From: Candidatus Accumulibacter similis
GTDB lineage: Bacteria; Pseudomonadota; Gammaproteobacteria; Burkholderiales; Rhodocyclaceae
Direction of reading: 5' to 3'
DNA length: 64,000 nucleotides
Assembly: GCA_013347225.1 (NCBI GenBank)
Contig: CP054595.1
Coordinates: forward strand, 1,916,415 to 1,980,414
Under the pieces are notes generated by a model. It did not search any database and was not told the DNA's origin. It saw only the letters and a program-made list of their open reading frames with translations. A program made the translations under genes and the position numbers. Shown in pieces: positions 59,515 through 64,000 of the stretch. Position 1 is the first letter of the stretch. Each line of letters starts with the position of its first letter.

Positions 59515-60593
59515 GGCTCGATCTCCAGTGGCGCGCCGCGCCGGTCACGGCCATAGATGCGCGGCTTGACATAGCGGTCGATGACCGGTGTCAGCGCATT
59601 CATCAGCAGCACGGCGAAGGCGACGCCTTCCGGGTAGCCGCCCCAGGTACGAATGACGTAGGTCAGGAAGCCGACGCCGGCGCCGAAGATGAGCTGGCCG
59701 AGCGGCGTGTTTGGCGAGGTCACGTAGTCGGTGGCAATGAAGAAGGCCCCCAGCATGGCTCCGCCGGACAGCAGGTGGGTGCCGGCCGACAGGTAGCGAG
59801 CCGGGTCGCTGCCGTGCATCAGCGAGGCGAACAGGGCGAGCGTCGCCAACATGGCGAACGGGATGTGCCAGGAGATGAGGCGCAAGCCGAGCAACAGCAG
59901 GCCGCCGGCAGCAATCAGCAGTGACGCCGTTTCGCCCAGGCTGCCGGCGCGCTCGCCGACGAGGCTGAGCGTTGGTGCCTGCGTCGCAGCCAGCGACTGC
60001 AACAGATCTACGCCACGCGACAGTTCGCTGCGGGCGTAACCGAAAAGGGTCGCGCTGCTCATCGCGTCGAGCGCTGTCGGCAGTGCACCGAAGGTGATCC
60101 GCAGACCATCGACGAATCCCGGGGCGTTTGCGGAGAGCAGCGGGATCGGCGCCGTCCACAGGGTCATCGGCACCGGGAAGGAGATCAGCAGCATCACCCT
60201 TGCCACCATCGCCGGATTGAAGAGGTTCTGCCCCAGGCCACCAAAGACCTGCTTGCCGATCACGGTGGCGAACAGGCCACCGACCGCGCCCACCCACCAC
60301 GGTGCCCAGGGCGGCAGCGAGAGCGCCAGCAACCAGCCGGTGAGCAGGGCGGAAGCATCGCGCAGCGATGGCCGGACCGGTTGTCGTCGCAGGCGCAGGC
60401 AGAACGCCTCGCCGAGGATCGCCGAAGCGGTGGTGATCCACCACAGGTGCAGGGCCGGCCAGCCGTACAGCCAGAAACCGAAGAGCGTCGCCGGGAGCAG
60501 GGCGGCAGCGACCCACAGCATGACCCGGGCGACGCAGTTGGCGCCGGCGGCATGCGGCGCCGCGACCGGAGCGACGTGGCGCGGCGTGATCAT
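59511..60593 (-). CDS. rnfD: electron transport complex subunit RnfD
   Basis: It is a polytopic protein with GGLGQNLFNPAMVARV and ATDYVTSP. Confidence 0.93.
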   Translation of the reverse strand: MITPRHVAPVAAPHAAGANCVARVMLWVAAALLPATLFGFWLYGWPALHLWWITTASAILGEAFCLRLRRQPVRPSLRDASALLTGWLLALSLPPWAPWWVGAVGGLFATVIGKQVFGGLGQNLFNPAMVARVMLLISFPVPMTLWTAPIPLLSANAPGFVDGLRITFGALPTALDAMSSATLFGYARSELSRGVDLLQSLAATQAPTLSLVGERAGSLGETASLLIAAGGLLLLGLRLISWHIPFAMLATLALFASLMHGSDPARYLSAGTHLLSGGAMLGAFFIATDYVTSPNTPLGQLIFGAGVGFLTYVIRTWGGYPEGVAFAVLLMNALTPVIDRYVKPRIYGRDRRGAPLEIEP

Positions 60594-62119
60594 GTCGCCG
60601 TCTCGCTGGTGGGCCTGACGACGACGCGCTCCCGCAGCGGCGGCACACCGCCGCCGGCGGCGGCCTTGGCGGCGTCGCGCTCCGCCTTGCGTCGGGCGGC
60701 GGCCGCGGCCTTCTCGCGCGCCTCGCGCTGCAGCCGCGCGGCCCGCTCTTCGGCGAGGCGGCGCGTCGCGGCGTCGCGCAGCCTGCTCCGCTCGCGCGCC
60801 GACAATTCGCCCTTGGCGTAGCTGAAATACTGCACCAGCGGAATGTGCGAGGGACAGACGTAGGTACAGCAGCCGCAGCCGATACAGTCCGACAGGCCGA
60901 AGCCCGCAGCGCCGTCGAGATCATCGGCGCGGATACGGCTGGCCATCTCCAGCGGCAAGAGGCCCATCGGGCACGCCCGTGTGCAACTGCCGCAACGGAT
61001 GCAGGGTCCGGCAGCCGGGGTCCGCGCCTCGGCCGCGTCGAAGGCGAGGACGCCCGACGCCCCCTTGACGATGGGTACCCGGGCGTGCGGCAGGACGATG
61101 CCCATCATCGGTCCGCCCAGTATCAGCCGCGCCGGCCGCTCGCGGATGCCGGCACAGCGCAGGAGGTCGACCACCGGCGTGCCGATCGGTGCCAGCACAT
61201 TGCCGGGTCGCGTCAGGGCGCCGCCGTTCAGCGTGACGATGCGCTCGACGAGCGGCTCGCCGCGGCGCAGCGCGCGGTGCACCGCGGCACAGGTCGACAC
61301 GTTGTGCACCAGCACGCCGACCTCGGCGGCACGCGCATCGGCCGGGACCTCCTTGCCCGTCAGGGTCTGGATCAATTGCTTGTCCGATCCCATCGGATAG
61401 CGCGCTGGCACCACCCGCACCTGCACGTGGCCGAAAGCGGCGGCGGCCGCCCGCATGGCGGTGATCGCCTGCGGCTTGTTGTCCTCGATGCCAACCAGGG
61501 CTTCGCGGGCGCCGATGGCGTGCATCACGATGCGCAGACCGTCGACCACTTCGGTGGCACGGTCGCGCATGATGCGATCGTCCGATGACAGGTAAGGCTC
61601 GCATTCGCCGCCGTTGACGATCAGCGTGCCGACCCGCAGGCGGCGGCCGAGGTTGAACTTGACCGCCGCCGGGAAGGTGGCGCCACCGAGCCCGACGACA
61701 CCCGCCGCCGCCGTTCGCCGGGAGATTTCCTCGGGTGCCAGCGCGAACGGGTCGGCCACCGGCAGGCGTTCGCACCAGGTGTCGGCGCCGTCGGCGGTGA
61801 TCGTGATCGCCAGTTGCGGGAGGCCGGAAGGATGTGGTGCGGTGATCTCGCCGATCGCGCTGATCCAGCCCGAGGTCGGCGCATGCACCGGCGCCGAGAT
61901 GTTGCCGTTCGGCTCGGCGATCAGATCGCCCTTCAAGACACGCTCTCCGACCAGTACCACCGGTCGCGCCGGACTTCCCACGTGCTGCTGCAGCGGCACG
62001 CGGAGTACTTCCGGCAACGGCAGCGAGCGCAGCGGCGCGTCTGCCGCAGGTCGCTTGTGGTCTTCGGGATGGACACCCCAATGCGGGTGGCGGCCGAGAA
62101 TCTTTTCCAGGATGCGCAC
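60590..62119 (-). CDS. rnfC: electron transport complex subunit RnfC
   Basis: GLGGATFPAAVK and the two 4Fe-4S motifs CIRCGSCTRACP and CIGCGCCTYVCP are present. It has a charged Ala/Arg-rich tail. Confidence 0.93.
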   Translation of the reverse strand: MRILEKILGRHPHWGVHPEDHKRPAADAPLRSLPLPEVLRVPLQQHVGSPARPVVLVGERVLKGDLIAEPNGNISAPVHAPTSGWISAIGEITAPHPSGLPQLAITITADGADTWCERLPVADPFALAPEEISRRTAAAGVVGLGGATFPAAVKFNLGRRLRVGTLIVNGGECEPYLSSDDRIMRDRATEVVDGLRIVMHAIGAREALVGIEDNKPQAITAMRAAAAAFGHVQVRVVPARYPMGSDKQLIQTLTGKEVPADARAAEVGVLVHNVSTCAAVHRALRRGEPLVERIVTLNGGALTRPGNVLAPIGTPVVDLLRCAGIRERPARLILGGPMMGIVLPHARVPIVKGASGVLAFDAAEARTPAAGPCIRCGSCTRACPMGLLPLEMASRIRADDLDGAAGFGLSDCIGCGCCTYVCPSHIPLVQYFSYAKGELSARERSRLRDAATRRLAEERAARLQREAREKAAAAARRKAERDAAKAAAGGGVPPLRERVVVRPTSETAT

Positions 62120-62158
62120 GTCGAGCCTCGTTGTCGGTCGGTGACAGTCGATTGCCGG

Positions 62159-62704
62159 CTACGCAGCGAGCGCCGCTGGTGTCGTTGCCGGCTTCGGCCA
62201 GACCCAGTGCTGCACGGTGACCGGCAGTGTCTGCAGCAGCAGCGCCTCGGTCGGGCAGCGGTCGATGCAGCTGCCGCAGCCGGTGCAGGCTTCGCGGATC
62301 ACGTTGTGGATCTGCTTTGCCGCACCGACGATGGCATCCGTCGGGCAGACCTTGCTGCAGCGGCAACAGCCGATGCAGATCTCTTCGGCGACGTGGGCAA
62401 TCTGCGGCCCGTGGTCGACGACGGCTTCGAGGTCGATGCTGATCCCAAGCTTCGCCGCCAGGGCCTTCGCCAACGCCTTGCCGCCCGGTGGACAGAGCGT
62501 CACCGGTGCACTTCCCTCGGCGATCGCCGCCGCCGCGCGCGGGCAGCCGGCAAAGCCGCACTGACCGCAGTTCGAACCGGGCATCAGGGCCTCGATCTCG
62601 GCGACCAGCGAGTTGCCGTCGACGTGCAAGTACTTCGCCGCCACGCCGAGGGCGAGGCCAAGCAGGGTGCCCAGAACGGTCAGGGACAGAATGGCGAGCC
62701 ACAT
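62159..62704 (-). CDS. rnfB: electron transport complex subunit RnfB
   Basis: It has an N-terminal TM segment plus [21 protein letters not shown] and [12 protein letters not shown]. Confidence 0.93.
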   Translation of the reverse strand: MWLAILSLTVLGTLLGLALGVAAKYLHVDGNSLVAEIEALMPGSNCGQCGFAGCPRAAAAIAEGSAPVTLCPPGGKALAKALAAKLGISIDLEAVVDHGPQIAHVAEEICIGCCRCSKVCPTDAIVGAAKQIHNVIREACTGCGSCIDRCPTEALLLQTLPVTVQHWVWPKPATTPAALAA

Positions 62705-63297
62705 GACGAGGTCTCCTGTGAAAAACTGAGGCCGGCAAAGCCCATGAATGCAAGTGACAGCAGGCTGGCGAGGATGAAACTCACGGGCGCGCCGGCAAAG
62801 GCGGCCGGTACCGGCGCCAGCGCCAGGCGCTCACGCAGGCCGGCAAAGACCACCAGCACCACGGTGAAACCGAGGGCCGATCCAAAGCCGTAAACGAGGC
62901 TCTGCAGGAAGCCCATCCGTTCCTGGGCGGTGAGCAGCGCCACGCCCAGCACCGCGCAGTTGGTCGTGATCAGCGGCAGGTAGATGCCCAGTGCCTGATA
63001 CAGCGCCGGCGCCGATCTCCTGACGACCATCTCGACGAACTGGACGGCCGCCGCGATGACCAGGATGAAGGTCAGAATGCGCAGGTAGCCGAGGTCGAAG
63101 GGCATCAGCAGCCAGTGCTCGAGCATCCAGGTGGCGGCGCAGGCCAGGGTGATGACGAACGTCGTGGCGAGCCCCATCCCCAGCGCGCTGTCCATGCTTC
63201 GCGAGACGCCCATGAAGGGACACAGTCCGAGAAACTTGACCAGCACCACGTTGTTGACCAGGGCGGTCGTGAGCAGCAGCAGGAAATAGGCGGTCAT
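62680..63297 (-). CDS. rnfA: electron transport complex subunit RnfA
   Basis: [32 protein letters not shown] is present. AAGGAG lies 9 nt upstream of the ATG at 63297. Confidence 0.93.
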   Translation of the reverse strand: MTAYFLLLLTTALVNNVVLVKFLGLCPFMGVSRSMDSALGMGLATTFVITLACAATWMLEHWLLMPFDLGYLRILTFILVIAAAVQFVEMVVRRSAPALYQALGIYLPLITTNCAVLGVALLTAQERMGFLQSLVYGFGSALGFTVVLVVFAGLRERLALAPVPAAFAGAPVSFILASLLSLAFMGFAGLSFSQETSSCGSPFCP

Positions 63298-63325
63298 TGT
63301 CGGCAAGCTCCTTGGCAATCGTCAC

Positions 63326-63340
63326 GCACGAACCGTGCCA
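63326..63340 (-). promoter_or_regulatory. sigma-54 (-24/-12) promoter candidate for rnfA
   Basis: The minus strand reads TGGCACG-GTTC-GTGC against the consensus TGGCACG-N4-TTGC, with exact GG/GC spacing. It lies 29-43 nt upstream of the rnfA ATG. The predicted leader is very short and starts at the SD. Confidence 0.6.
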
Positions 63341-63453
63341 CTGCTTGCGACGCGGCACACCACAGCCGTGCCGGCGTTGCCAAGTGCGCACCAGCATGGC
63401 GTTTTCCGGTCTCGTGCGAGCCCCGGCGAGCTGCGCGCGGTAGCCGCCAGCAT

Positions 63454-63469
63454 TGTCGGAAACCCGACA
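63454..63469. promoter_or_regulatory. NifA upstream activator sequence (TGT-N10-ACA)
   Basis: TGTCGGAAACCCGACA is a perfect TGT-N10-ACA and also a 6-bp palindrome. Its centre lies about 125 bp upstream of the -24 element in the rnfA-nifL spacer. Confidence 0.6.
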
Positions 63470-63563
63470 AATCGCCACGAATACAACGAGAAAGGCCCGC
63501 CGAATCAACGGCGGCACGAAACGTGCTCGGTATTGGCCAAACACTTCGAAAGGGAGGCGCGCG

Positions 63564-64000
63564 ATGACCAGCAAGCAGCTCCAGGCAGCGACCGACGGCG
63601 CAACGCGGGTGGCCGAGGTGCTGCCGCCCAGCGTCCATCCACAGGTCTTCCAGCAGACGGTCAATCAGGCCGACATGGCGATCTCGATCACCGATGCGCA
63701 GGGCAACATCCTGTACGTCAATCCAGCCTTCACCCGCGTCACAGGCTACGCGAGCGAGGAGGCCGTGGGCCAGAACCAGTCGATCGTCTCCGACCACAGC
63801 ATGCCGCGCGATTTCTATCGCGCCCTTTGGCAGACGATCTCGCATGGCGAACCCTGGAGGGGGCACCTGGTCAATCGGCGCAAGGACGGAAGCAGGTATC
63901 TTGCCGAACTGAGCATCTCGCCCGTGGTGAATGCCAGCGGCGAGGTCCTGAACCATCTCGGCATGCATCGCGACATCACCGATCTCCACCGCCTGGAGTC
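63564..64000 (+). CDS. nifL: nitrogen fixation regulatory flavoprotein NifL, N-terminal PAS domain (partial, runs off the window)
   Basis: AGGGAGG lies upstream of the ATG at 63564. VFQQTVNQADMAISITDAQGNILYVNPAFTRVTGYASEEAVGQNQSIVSD...WRGHLVNRRKDGSRYLAELSISPVVNASGEVLNHLGMHRDITDLHRLE aligns closely with the Azotobacter NifL PAS1 as I recall it. Confidence 0.9.
   Translation, partial: MTSKQLQAATDGATRVAEVLPPSVHPQVFQQTVNQADMAISITDAQGNILYVNPAFTRVTGYASEEAVGQNQSIVSDHSMPRDFYRALWQTISHGEPWRGHLVNRRKDGSRYLAELSISPVVNASGEVLNHLGMHRDITDLHRLE

Noticed and set aside
60921-62753. 610-aa minus-strand ORF across rnfC and rnfB
   Set aside because: It lies in a different frame from rnfC and rnfB, which carry Fe-S cluster motifs. 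The translation is Arg/Pro/Gly-rich.
63313-63327. Plus-strand sigma-54-like element TGGCAA-TCGTC-ACGC facing nifL
   Set aside because: The GG/GC spacing is right, but both hexamers are weak. It lies 237 nt from the nifL start and overlaps the much better minus-strand rnfA element. It is probably a by-product of that overlap.
63534-63548. TGGCCA-AACAC-TTCG upstream of nifL
   Set aside because: The -12 GC dinucleotide is missing (TC instead). The element also ends only a few nt before the nifL Shine-Dalgarno, leaving no room for a transcript start.

Overview
Gene-dense, visibly GC-rich chromosomal segment with strong GC3 codon bias and many long spurious antisense ORFs. I call about 65 protein-coding genes. 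I found no rRNA, tRNA, CRISPR array, transposase or integrase. Gene content and order (rpmE-rho-trxA-fdxA, rsgA/orn, thiSG-trmB, rph-rdgB-hemW, rnfABCDGEH next to nifL) point to a diazotrophic betaproteobacterium, possibly Rhodocyclales-like; this is inference only. Main blocks, left to right: (1) a neutral-lipid/PHA storage island at 1.5-9.7 kb with fatty acyl-CoA reductase, phasin, patatin lipase, TetR, WS/DGAT wax-ester synthase, acyl-CoA-binding protein and a PHA-system protein; (2) housekeeping genes (rsgA, orn, rpmE, rho, trxA, fdxA, fadD, icd with a divergent aceK, nadC, thrC); (3) a mixed block of membrane, signalling and unknown-function genes at 31-42 kb; (4) an orphan STAND NTPase fused to an FGE/SUMF1-like domain at 42.3-44.7 kb, which is the best candidate for an undescribed sensor or conflict system; (5) thiSG-trmB, a TonB-like protein and an ankyrin protein; (6) a tightly coupled operon Ser/Thr kinase-PP2C-rph-rdgB-hemW; (7) the complete rnfABCDGEH operon with a sigma-54 promoter and a NifA UAS in the spacer shared with a partial nifL at the right edge. 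All product calls come from motif and family recognition by eye. No database search was run.
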